A stretch of DNA of 32,000 nt from Candidatus Korarchaeum cryptofilum OPF8. GTDB taxonomy: Archaea > Korarchaeota > Korarchaeia > Korarchaeales > Korarchaeaceae. The translations under genes and the position numbers were made by a program. Within the stretch, counting starts at the first letter, position 1. Each line of letters begins with the position of its first letter. Positions 7,680-15,574 of the stretch are shown here, one piece after another. A model generated the notes under the pieces. The model was given only the letters and a program-made list of their open reading frames with translations. It did not search any database and had not been told where the DNA came from. The stretch is from assembly GCF_000019605.1 (NCBI RefSeq), contig NC_010482.1, positions 1,410,001 through 1,442,000 of the forward strand. The letters are read 5' to 3'.

Positions 7680-7694
7680 TCGCCCTTCAGGGCG
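7680..7694. repeat. Right copy of the 15-nt self-complementary repeat TCGCCCTTCAGGGCG
   Basis: Exact copy of 7425..7439, 255 nt away in direct orientation. Because the unit is a near-palindrome, the pair also acts as an inverted repeat. Confidence 0.9.
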
Positions 7695-8040
7695 TGGAGG
7701 AGGTCAGAGCAGAACCTAGGGCGATTCCTAGGTTCAAAATGTTCAAGATCATGTCCTCAGAGATCCCTATATCTGTCATCCTATTCCCCATAATCTCCAC
7801 TATCTTGCATCCGATCAGCAAGAGGACCTTGCTGTTTCTCAAGCTTCTTGCATCCCTTAAGTAAGCCTCACCCAACTCTGAGGAGAGATTCTCCATCTCA
7901 CCAGCGATCTTCCCTATTGTCTCATCATCTTCGATGATCTTGCAGACGATGTTATCAACTCCTCTTGCCTTCGGAGCAGTTATAGCTGAGATCTTCATCA
8001 GTTTAGCGACTTGAACTAAGGTCTCCTTGATCTCATCCAT
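7695..8040 (-). CDS. DUF2148-family protein, proposed exon 1 (N-terminal 115 aa plus 1 nt of the junction codon)
   Basis: ORF 7687..8040 starts MDEIKETLVQVAKLMKISAITAPKARGVDNIV and ends ...LNLGIALGSALTSS before a stop at 7687-7689 inside the insert. The TAPKA.G.DN and LGIALGSA blocks match the DUF2148 N-terminal and central regions. Confidence 0.65.
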
Positions 8041-8318
8041 ACTACTTCATGTCTCAAAAAATTAATTAAGTTTTCTCCTAAGGATCTGAATGAAGTTCAC
8101 AGCCAGCAGAGCTCCTAGTATACTTAACTTACATTTCACTAATGAGACAATGCAAATATATCTACACTCTATTCCAGTAGGAATTCTTTAATATAGCTTT
8201 AATATAGCGCTGTAAGTATTATATTACGTATTTATTTTCCCGGAATGAAGGGCCTCAGAACTCCATAACTTTATTAAGACGGGAAATACTCAGCTTCATT
8301 GAGAGGCTGTTTAGAGGG

Positions 8319-8612
8319 GTGGTCGATATGGTAACTAAGAAGTCCGAGAAGATCAAGGAATATGAAGCCCTCCTCTCAGAAGCGATACAAAGACTGGATA
8401 GGATCTCCCAAGACAGGAGCGTCCCCAGGAACATAAGGAGAGCTACTACAGAGGCTATAGAGGTCCTGAGGGATGAGAGGAACAGTTACGGCGTGAGATC
8501 CAATAAGGCGATCTCAATATTGAATGATATTGTTAATGATATAAATATGCCATTCCCAACGAGGTCGGAGATACTACTCATAGTCGGCTTACTTGAAAAA
8601 ATTAAGGATTGA
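8319..8612 (+). CDS. Conserved archaeal protein, UPF0147 family
   Basis: 97-aa ORF. The DRSVPRNIRRATTEAIEVL ... NDINMPFPTRSEIL pattern matches my recollection of UPF0147. Confidence 0.6.
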   Translation: MVDMVTKKSEKIKEYEALLSEAIQRLDRISQDRSVPRNIRRATTEAIEVLRDERNSYGVRSNKAISILNDIVNDINMPFPTRSEILLIVGLLEKIKD

Positions 8613-9339
8613 ACCTACTACAAAGCAGGGATACTATTTTACTTTTTAATAAAATATTCTCCAAGATAAGAGAATTTTTGTCAAAATCTAGCCTCATCCT
8701 CGTTCTTTTTATATCGGAGAGTATCGATAACGTGTAATTCAGGAGGTCCAACAGATCCCCAGCTCTCAACTCCCTCATTATCTCGACTATCCTCTCAAGA
8801 GAGCTTGCTGCATCTTTAAGCTGTTCTGAGAACTCCTCATCGGAATCACTAGCTCTCCTTAACCTTTCTGCTGCCTCATTAATTGTTTTGGAATATATTT
8901 CAGCTTTCCTCTCGTCTATCCCACTGGACTTCTCGCAGCAGATCTGTATTGAGCTCACTATAGAGGATAGAATTCCTATTGCTACATCCAACTCCCTCAT
9001 AGCTCTCAAACTTGTCGACGACCTGAAATCAATACTCTGCTGTATCCTCTCCTTGGCCCAACCTATCTGGGTCTCCAGTTGCTTAACCTTCGATGAGAGA
9101 TCCTCGACCCTCTCCTTCAGCTTCGCGATCGCCTGGGGACCGTACTCCTCTAGGAAGTTCCTGAAGGAAGATTTACTTACCTCCATGAGTTCTATAAGAG
9201 AATCAGGTATATCCGTGGATAGATCATCGAAGCACCTTATATTCGATCTGCTCAGGATCTCTGCTATTTTCTCCCCCTTCTCATCCCCGAAGTACTCCTT
9301 CAGAGAGCTCAGTAGATAGCCGGATACCTTGCCCCTCAT
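8602..9339 (-). CDS. Hypothetical all-helical/coiled-coil protein (245 aa)
   Basis: Long ORF in the AT-rich stretch with heptad-like charged repeats (KLKERVEDLSSKVKQLETQI). No recognised domain. Confidence 0.5.
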   Translation of the reverse strand: MRGKVSGYLLSSLKEYFGDEKGEKIAEILSRSNIRCFDDLSTDIPDSLIELMEVSKSSFRNFLEEYGPQAIAKLKERVEDLSSKVKQLETQIGWAKERIQQSIDFRSSTSLRAMRELDVAIGILSSIVSSIQICCEKSSGIDERKAEIYSKTINEAAERLRRASDSDEEFSEQLKDAASSLERIVEIMRELRAGDLLDLLNYTLSILSDIKRTRMRLDFDKNSLILENILLKSKIVSLLCSRFNP

Positions 9340-9755
9340 GGATCATCGATATAAGGATTTGAGGAGCTTTTTCAACTTTCCGAAGTCATCCTCCCTGAAT
9401 TTTAGTTAAACTTCTGGACGAATCTCTGGATATTGATGAACAATATTATCGACATGACGAATTCAAATTAGAATTTATAGTGTCAATAATGAGATAAATA
9501 TCTGATATGACACTCAGCCGATATACTTCTTGATCTATTTCAGAAATCGACGTTTATGAAGAGATACAACGGAGTTTTCAGATAAATATGTATGATAGAA
9601 GGCATATTTACATTAGCATATTATCTTTCTAAATTAAAAATCTCTCTACAAGGCCCGATCAACTTATTATATCTATGTAGTTCTATATAAGAACCAAAGC
9701 TTACGTTAAGAAAACTTTTAATATTAAATGTTCGGATCTGCTCGGGGATGTAAAT

Positions 9756-10163
9756 ATGAGCGTCGATATAGAGTTCCTGAGACCTTGGGAAGTCGCTACG
9801 AGAGCTGAAAGGAGGAGTAGCTTCCTGGAGGTGGAGAACAAACTTTCATCCATATGGAAGGTGAGGATAAGGGATAAAAGCTACATAGTACCCGTGACGA
9901 TGACTATCACTAGCAGAGGAATTTTCGTTACTTACTTATCTAATCAGCCCGATGGTGATGGATACTCGCCCATAGCCAGATGTTACGCTGTTGATGCTGC
10001 GAAGGAATGTTTGGAGGATATAATAAGAAGGTACCCGGATTTCGAGTTCAATAGCGTTACGCTAGGTGAGATAATAGAGGAATGCGTCAGCAAAAGATTG
10101 AAGAAGAAAATAGGGGCCTTCGGAGATGTTAGAATAGAGTGCGGCGCGGTCAGGACGGAGTAA
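9756..10163 (+). CDS. Hypothetical protein (135 aa)
   Basis: ATG-initiated ORF after a 416-nt AT-rich gap. No recognised motif. Confidence 0.45.
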   Translation: MSVDIEFLRPWEVATRAERRSSFLEVENKLSSIWKVRIRDKSYIVPVTMTITSRGIFVTYLSNQPDGDGYSPIARCYAVDAAKECLEDIIRRYPDFEFNSVTLGEIIEECVSKRLKKKIGAFGDVRIECGAVRTE

Positions 10164-10293
10164 CGTCCCTCTCATATTTTTAGAATTCAAGTTAATAAGA
10201 GATAATGCAATTTCCATAACCGTTAATAAAAATAAAAGTCTCGGATACTGAGGGCATCAGTAATAAAAATAATAGCTAGATGCTGGAGGAATT

Positions 10294-10524
10294 TTAATCG
10301 ATCTCTATACCCTCACTGAGCCAGAGCTCGGGAGGGAACTTGACCTTAATCATAGTGTAAACTGAGGAGATGAGACCCTCAGCTTCATATATTAGCCAAT
10401 ATCCCTCATCATCAACTATCTCCTTTGCCCTTATGATGAGATTCAGTGCGTCATATAACCTCCTTAATATCTCATCCACGTCATCCGGCTCGAGACATAC
10501 AGCTTGGGAATAACCCGCTCTCAC
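10294..10524 (-). CDS. Hypothetical small protein (76 aa)
   Basis: ORF with a non-ATG (GTG) start in the ORF track. No recognised motif. Flanked by AT-rich non-coding DNA. Confidence 0.3.
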   Translation of the reverse strand: MRAGYSQAVCLEPDDVDEILRRLYDALNLIIRAKEIVDDEGYWLIYEAEGLISSVYTMIKVKFPPELWLSEGIEID

Positions 10525-10613
10525 GTGCTATATCTAAGCGTTCCTTATATTAACTTTTAGTTTAAATTTTTGAAATTAGAGAGGGAACGTTCAATAATCT
10601 TCACAATAGCTTA

Positions 10614-11513
10614 TCAGAGTCCGATTATGCCGTCATCCCTTACTATGAATGCCGCTTGCCCGGGTGGGAGGTAGGAGGAGTCCTCCAGGGTAACTATAAC
10701 TTTTCCCCTCACCTTCCTGAAGCAGAGCATGTTATGCGGCGTGTGTGAGAGGACGAAGCCCCCCTTTGAATATAGGTCCCTCCCCCATTTTATCGCGTGC
10801 ATCGTCATTATAACAACGCTCCCCCTATCGGCGATCCTCCTCAATGATACTAGGACCTCCTGGAGATCCTCCTGCCTCTCCCTCAGTCCCTTGAGCCCTC
10901 CATACTGCCTGAAGGGATAAGAGATAGAATCCAGGCAGATCAGCTTAGAGGTGCCCGATCTAACGTAACTCATCGCGATCTCGAGGGCCTCCTTGAGCTG
11001 AATTATATTATTCACTCTGAGGACATCTATTCTGGAGAGGTCTCTTTCTGATAGACCGTTCTGCCTTAAGAAGGCAGAGGCTCTCCCGGGATCGAATGTG
11101 CCCTCCGTATCTATGAATACAGCCCTCTCAGAGGAAATTCCACCTCTTTCCTCATTCAATAAGGATCTAACTGTCATATAGATGCAGAACTGAGTTTTCC
11201 CTGAGGCCGGAGGCCCGTATATCCCCGTGATAGTTCTAATTCTTAACCCTCCCCCTAAGAGCTCATCCAGGCCCTCTATACCGGTCCTCAGCCTACTCTC
11301 TTCCTCTAGGAGCTTATCAGCGGTGAGGGGCCTCAGTAGAAGGGAAGATACTTCCCTAAGGATCTCCCTAGCCACTTCCCTATCGACTCCTAGTTCCTTC
11401 GAGAGCTCGCTATCCGACATCAGGATGAGGTCATTCAAATCGATGCCCTTACTCCTCATCATCTCGATGTACTTCCTTTCTATCCTTCCTGAGAGGGAAT
11501 CCAGGCTCATCAA
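10614..11513 (-). CDS. RadA/RadB (Rad51/RecA) family recombinase-like ATPase, divergent paralog
   Basis: 299-aa ORF. It has an N-terminal helix-hairpin-helix-like segment, then TGIEGLDELLGGG, Walker A GPPASGKTQ and a hydrophobic strand ending in D (LICLDSIS). Walker A is closer to RadB than to canonical RadA (GEFGSGKTQ). The ATG at 11510 is probably the true start. Confidence 0.65.
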   Translation of the reverse strand: MMSLDSLSGRIERKYIEMMRSKGIDLNDLILMSDSELSKELGVDREVAREILREVSSLLLRPLTADKLLEEESRLRTGIEGLDELLGGGLRIRTITGIYGPPASGKTQFCIYMTVRSLLNEERGGISSERAVFIDTEGTFDPGRASAFLRQNGLSERDLSRIDVLRVNNIIQLKEALEIAMSYVRSGTSKLICLDSISYPFRQYGGLKGLRERQEDLQEVLVSLRRIADRGSVVIMTMHAIKWGRDLYSKGGFVLSHTPHNMLCFRKVRGKVIVTLEDSSYLPPGQAAFIVRDDGIIGL

Positions 11514-12025
11514 TGGGCTACCTCCTTTATCCCAATAGCATGAGCTAAGAAGTTAGTCCCCCAGTGGAGTATGGGCGTTATGATCAGGAGGAAGATCACT
11601 GGCTCAATAGCTAATCCCTCTATAGGATAGGTGAAAATCAGGGAGAATATGAGGAAACCTTCCTGGTCGAGTAGAGGAGCCGATTGCCCCTCCACTAGCC
11701 CGATCCTCCTCTTTATGAAGGAACCGAAGCAATCGCCGACCATAGCGCCCAGCGATAGAGTGAAGCCCTGAAGAGGCCTTCCCTGGATGAAACCGACGAG
11801 TGTCCCAACAATTATGCCAGAGAGAAATCCCCTTATCGTCTTATGATCTCCCAGTATCCTTCTCCCATCCCTGAAGCTTCTGCCCATGTCTAGGGGCCTC
11901 CCCCCTCCGAAGAGCACTGGGGACATATTAGCGAAGTAAGATGGAAGTATGTACCAGATAGCCCCCAATATGAAGCTGAGATCCATCATATCACCTCTAC
12001 ACCATCGAAGATCCTGAGGAACCAC
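11510..12025 (-). CDS. carS: CDP-archaeol synthase (CarS, DUF46 family)
   Basis: 171-aa polytopic membrane ORF with LGDHKTIRGF and GDCFGSFIKRR plus PLLDQ, the conserved CarS blocks. Confidence 0.75.
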   Translation of the reverse strand: MVPQDLRWCRGDMMDLSFILGAIWYILPSYFANMSPVLFGGGRPLDMGRSFRDGRRILGDHKTIRGFLSGIIVGTLVGFIQGRPLQGFTLSLGAMVGDCFGSFIKRRIGLVEGQSAPLLDQEGFLIFSLIFTYPIEGLAIEPVIFLLIITPILHWGTNFLAHAIGIKEVAH

Positions 12026-12423
12026 TCAGGGACCTCGCTCTCCGTTGTATACATACTGACTGAGGATCCGCACTGCCTCTCAGCCGATTTTATCATATTG
12101 AGGAGCAGGAGAAAGGATCTCTGAAGTTTATAAGGCTCGGGAGAGGAGCTCGCTGCACTAAGATAGGCACCGAAGATCTCATCAACGAGACCTGAGCTGA
12201 ACTTAAGGGAATCCGTGAAGAGCATCAGGGATCTCACGGTAGGGGAGGAGAAGGATGGGATTATGAGGACATCCCTTCTCTCCCTTATGAGGTCTTCTAT
12301 TGCGTTGAGGGTCCTGGGCTCATATGAAAGTATCACGAGCTTCCTCCCGCTATCGAGAAGTGATTTAACTTCCTCCCTCATAGCATCAGCTTTCGCTTGA
12401 GGAGGGCATATCTTCAGCAACAT
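11986..12423 (-). CDS. Hypothetical protein (about 131-145 aa)
   Basis: ORF between XPD and carS that overlaps both. An internal ATG at 12381 (MREEVK...) would remove the overlap with XPD. No recognised motif. Confidence 0.4.
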   Translation of the reverse strand: MLLKICPPQAKADAMREEVKSLLDSGRKLVILSYEPRTLNAIEDLIRERRDVLIIPSFSSPTVRSLMLFTDSLKFSSGLVDEIFGAYLSAASSSPEPYKLQRSFLLLLNMIKSAERQCGSSVSMYTTESEVPEWFLRIFDGVEVI

Positions 12424-14104
12424 CCACTCTCTTCATGGGAGACCTCCTATTAAAGAATTCCTGAGCTGAAGGGACTAAGTCCTCGAGCCTCACATACTTA
12501 ATTCCCCTCCTCATCCAAGGGGGCATCATGCCCAAGCAGTAGGAGAACCTCCTATCCACGAAAGCTATGAAACCTATATCATCTTGGGCTCTCACCGGCC
12601 TAGCTGCCGCCTGAATGGCGGATCTACATGCATTTATCAGGGTAGGATCCTCCAGCCTCGTGTACTTCCTCCATAAGATCTCCTGAACTCTACCTAAGGT
12701 ATTGGGCTTAGATAACTGGAGGCCCAGAACTATGGATGCTGTCATCTGCAGCCCTGGAAAATCTTCCCCCTCGCTGCTCCTCCCTCCCTGGACCCCGAGT
12801 AGGATGGCCCCGATAGAGGACATGCTCTTGAATTCCGAGATCATCTTGGATAGCTCATGAGAATCCATATCCTTCCTCTCAATGAAGAGGGGTTTCTCAA
12901 CCATGTTCTCAAAACCGGCATCCAATACGCCTTGAAGGACCTCGTATGAAGAGGTAAATATACCCATATTCCCGACTACAGCTTCAGAGAGTTCAGCCAA
13001 AGTAGATGCTACCCTGTAGAACTCCAGCCTGCTCCTCTCCTCAAACCTAGTCGTGAAGTCCCTCACTATGAATGATGCAACTTCTCCCCAGCGATCCAAA
13101 GATATGCGCTCGTAATTCAATTCCTCTAATACCTCTCCTCTCGCTACCTCCTCGCTCCAAGTCCCTGAGATCAGGAGGACGGATTTGAACCTCTTTAGGG
13201 ACTCTTCCAGGCTCCCATCTACTTCCTTGAGGAGGATCAGGTTCGGCGGTTCCAATATGATGCGTTTAGACCCTTCTACTTCGCTCAGGATCCACTTTGA
13301 GAAATGCTCGAAGGATTTAGGGGAGGATGATAGGCATTCCCTGAGAAGGTAAATGAGATAATTTCTCGGTATCTCCAAGCTCTGCATCCTAGATCTCTGA
13401 AGAGATCTCATTAAATCTGACCATCTTTCGCATAATGAGCTCAGGACTCTCTCAAGCTTCTCCAACTCCAAAGTAGCTACGATACGGGAGAACCAGAACC
13501 TCCTGAGGTTGTGGGCCTCATCTATTATCAGGTAGTCTGGATTGAAGCCCCTAAGCACGGAGTAAAGCTCTTCTTCGAAGAGGTATGGGTAGCAGAGGAC
13601 CACTGCATCATACCCATTGATTATCCCCAGAGATGAGTAATATGGGCAGTAATTTCCTTTCAGGAGGATGGGATCATGGCACCTCCTCGCTTCTCTGATC
13701 TTAGGTGGGTAATAGGGGCAGCTTCCCAATTTCCTGAGCTCCTCACATTTCATATTCATCAAAAAGTTATTCTTGATCCTTCTAACCTTCCAGTTGATGC
13801 AGAGCCCCCCCTTCCCCCTCAGAGCGATCATCTTCACCTTGGGGAACTTGAGGCACTCCTCCATCACCCTACTAACTTGACTGTGCGTCCTCACAGCATA
13901 TATGAATTTAGCTCCTTCGAGCTCGGAAAGGCAGCTTATAGCGGATAGAACACCTGAGGTCTTCCCCAATCCACTAGGGGCCTCAATAACGTTTATTCCT
14001 CCCTTAAGGGATCTCAAAACGGCATTTATGAACTCAGCTTGGCCCCTCCTCATCGTAGGATAGGGGAAGTGATCTTCTATCCTACACACTTGGAAGGGGC
14101 TCAC
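12386..14104 (-). CDS. xpd: XPD/Rad3-type Fe-S cluster DNA helicase (DinG superfamily 2)
   Basis: 572-aa ORF with Walker A APSGLGKT, a four-Cys Fe-S segment (C..C..C..C between LCINW and RRCHD), a DEAH box (IIDEAHNL), and late helicase motifs (LLGVQGGRSSEGEDF, QAAARPVR). Confidence 0.8.
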   Translation of the reverse strand: MSPFQVCRIEDHFPYPTMRRGQAEFINAVLRSLKGGINVIEAPSGLGKTSGVLSAISCLSELEGAKFIYAVRTHSQVSRVMEECLKFPKVKMIALRGKGGLCINWKVRRIKNNFLMNMKCEELRKLGSCPYYPPKIREARRCHDPILLKGNYCPYYSSLGIINGYDAVVLCYPYLFEEELYSVLRGFNPDYLIIDEAHNLRRFWFSRIVATLELEKLERVLSSLCERWSDLMRSLQRSRMQSLEIPRNYLIYLLRECLSSSPKSFEHFSKWILSEVEGSKRIILEPPNLILLKEVDGSLEESLKRFKSVLLISGTWSEEVARGEVLEELNYERISLDRWGEVASFIVRDFTTRFEERSRLEFYRVASTLAELSEAVVGNMGIFTSSYEVLQGVLDAGFENMVEKPLFIERKDMDSHELSKMISEFKSMSSIGAILLGVQGGRSSEGEDFPGLQMTASIVLGLQLSKPNTLGRVQEILWRKYTRLEDPTLINACRSAIQAAARPVRAQDDIGFIAFVDRRFSYCLGMMPPWMRRGIKYVRLEDLVPSAQEFFNRRSPMKRVDVAEDMPSSSES

Positions 14105-14147
14105 TCAAAATTAATGGTGAGAAATTTCGGAGGGTTTACAAAAACTT

Positions 14148-15416
14148 TCAGAGGACATATGGGCTCCCTAGGACCTCCTCTAGGGCCTCCACTGGATCGT
14201 ACTTCCCATCTATTGAGACGGTGAGGGGCTCCGTCCTTAAGGGTACGTCGGGGCCCAGCATGTCCGGGGACCTTATGCCAGTCAGGAGCAATATCACCCT
14301 TACACCGTCCCCTAGAGATTCATCTATGTCCGCGCCTATCTTTATTATCGCATCGCTCGACATCTTAGAGGCCACAATCTCCGTTATCTGATGCACTTCA
14401 GTGAGCCTCATGTTCTTCCCACCGTAAACTACTACAAGAGCTCCTCTAGCTCCTTCAGGCGATATCTCTATCAACTGGTTCCTCAGGGCCATTTTAACGG
14501 CTTCCTCCCCCCTCCTCTTGGGGTCCGATGATTCCCCTATGCCCACAGCAGCTACCCCTCCTACGGACATCAGGGTCCTTATATCATTCAGATCGACATT
14601 TACCATAGTCCTCTTCCTTATTATCTCAGCTATCCCTTTTACCATGACTGCCAAAGTCATATCAGCTATCATGAATGCCTCATCGAGCGGCCTATCACCG
14701 GCTAGTTTCAGCAACTTATCGTTCGAGATGAGGACAACAGTATCGGCCCACTTCCTGAGCTGTCTTATTCCCTCCTGAGCCAGCTTGTACTTATGCCTCC
14801 CCTCAGTCCTGAAGGGGAGCGTGACGAAAGCTATTATCTTCGCTCCCTTGTCCTTAGCTATCTTAGCGACTACTGGAGCTGCGCCCGTTCCCGTTCCTCC
14901 TCCCATACCAGCCGCTATGAACACGAGATCCGGTCTGTTCCCTAGGGCATCAGATATCTTGTGAGCATCCTGCTCAGCGCAGGCCCTCGCTACCTCCGGC
15001 CTCCCCCCGGCCCCTAAACCGTGCGTTATACTGTCCCCTATCAGCACCTTGTAGGGGGCATTTATACCATCCAAATGGACCTTATCTGTATTTATCGCGA
15101 CAAGTTTTATTCCCCTTATCCCCAGCTTACTTATATTATCTATCGTATTGGAACCGCAGCCACCCACCCCCACTATCACTAAGTTACCCGTGACGGAATC
15201 CTCATCATCAGGATCATCTATCTCCACGGATCTCGCTGATTTCAGGAATTCATCGGAGCTTATTATACGATTGCTCCCACTCGAGTTAATCTTCTCCTCC
15301 TTGCCCACTTTAACCTTCTCGCTTCCGGAGTTCTGGGGAAGGCCATCGAATATCCTTCTGAACAGATCGAGCATTTCCTTAGCTTGAGAAGATCCAGATT
15401 CCTCCGCAAAAATCAA
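14148..15416 (-). CDS. ftsZ: Cell division GTPase FtsZ
   Basis: Contains GVGGCGSN and the tubulin signature [15 protein letters not shown]. The tracked start is a TTG overlapping the upstream RHH stop (TTGA). An ATG at 15374 (MLDLFRR) is an alternative. Either way there are about 60-77 residues before the GTPase core. Confidence 0.9.
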   Translation of the reverse strand: MIFAEESGSSQAKEMLDLFRRIFDGLPQNSGSEKVKVGKEEKINSSGSNRIISSDEFLKSARSVEIDDPDDEDSVTGNLVIVGVGGCGSNTIDNISKLGIRGIKLVAINTDKVHLDGINAPYKVLIGDSITHGLGAGGRPEVARACAEQDAHKISDALGNRPDLVFIAAGMGGGTGTGAAPVVAKIAKDKGAKIIAFVTLPFRTEGRHKYKLAQEGIRQLRKWADTVVLISNDKLLKLAGDRPLDEAFMIADMTLAVMVKGIAEIIRKRTMVNVDLNDIRTLMSVGGVAAVGIGESSDPKRRGEEAVKMALRNQLIEISPEGARGALVVVYGGKNMRLTEVHQITEIVASKMSSDAIIKIGADIDESLGDGVRVILLLTGIRSPDMLGPDVPLRTEPLTVSIDGKYDPVEALEEVLGSPYVL

Positions 15417-15574
15417 TATGCGACACCTCCCGCGCTTTTCTTCTTATATTCCCTTATCAGAAGCCTTATAGCCTCCCTTATCGCCTCGCTCTTACTCGTA
15501 AACCCGACCTCCTCCACCAGCCTCTCCAACTCCTTCATCAGGGAGTTGGGTATATGGAAGGAAACCACCACCAT
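15413..15574 (-). CDS. Ribbon-helix-helix (CopG/Arc/MetJ-like) DNA-binding protein, 53 aa
   Basis: From the internal ATG, MVVVSFHIPNSLMKELERLVEEVGFTSKSEAIREAIRLLIRE gives a beta strand followed by two helices, typical of RHH. The longer tracked ORF (to 15658) adds a poorly coding-looking N-terminus. Confidence 0.55.
   Translation of the reverse strand: MVVVSFHIPNSLMKELERLVEEVGFTSKSEAIREAIRLLIREYKKKSAGGVAY

Larger units (their letters stand above)
7421..7694 (-). other. Candidate 274-nt BHB (splicing-endonuclease) intron interrupting the DUF2148 mRNA; alternatively a MITE-like insertion
   Basis: On the sense strand: helix 7706-7702:7415-7419; unpaired U7701; 4-bp central helix 7700-7697:7423-7426; 3-nt bulges 7696-7694 (CAC) and 7422-7420 (CUU) on opposite strands; then a 13-position helix 7693-7681:7427-7439 containing tandem G.A pairs. 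Cutting after the second bulge nucleotide on each strand joins A7695 to U7420, giving an AUG codon in frame with both halves. Confidence 0.5.

Noticed and set aside
7425-7694. Simple excision using the 15-nt direct repeats as a target-site duplication
   Set aside because: Repeat spacing is 255 nt (0 mod 3), while the two gene halves need a deletion of 1 mod 3. The joined sequence would also keep the in-frame TGA at 7687-7689.
7282-7719. 145-aa plus-strand ORF and 64-aa minus-strand ORF (7456..7650) inside or across the insert
   Set aside because: They run antisense to, or through, the structured GC-rich insert and the DUF2148 exons. Their composition is low-complexity Arg/Gly/Pro/Ser, typical of GC-rich non-coding read-through.
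7400-7740. RNase P RNA or SRP (7S) RNA on the plus strand, prompted by GGGGTAACGGGC, GGCGGTAAACCAC and GAGTCCC/GCAGAACC strings
   Set aside because: No GAGGAAAGTCC (CR-I) or ACAGAA..GGCTTA (CR-V) pair could be aligned. There is no SRP helix-8 GGAA/AGCA loops. The candidate P4 3' strand lies inside clearly coding DUF2148 sequence (NLGIALG). The segment is bracketed by the two halves of one protein gene.
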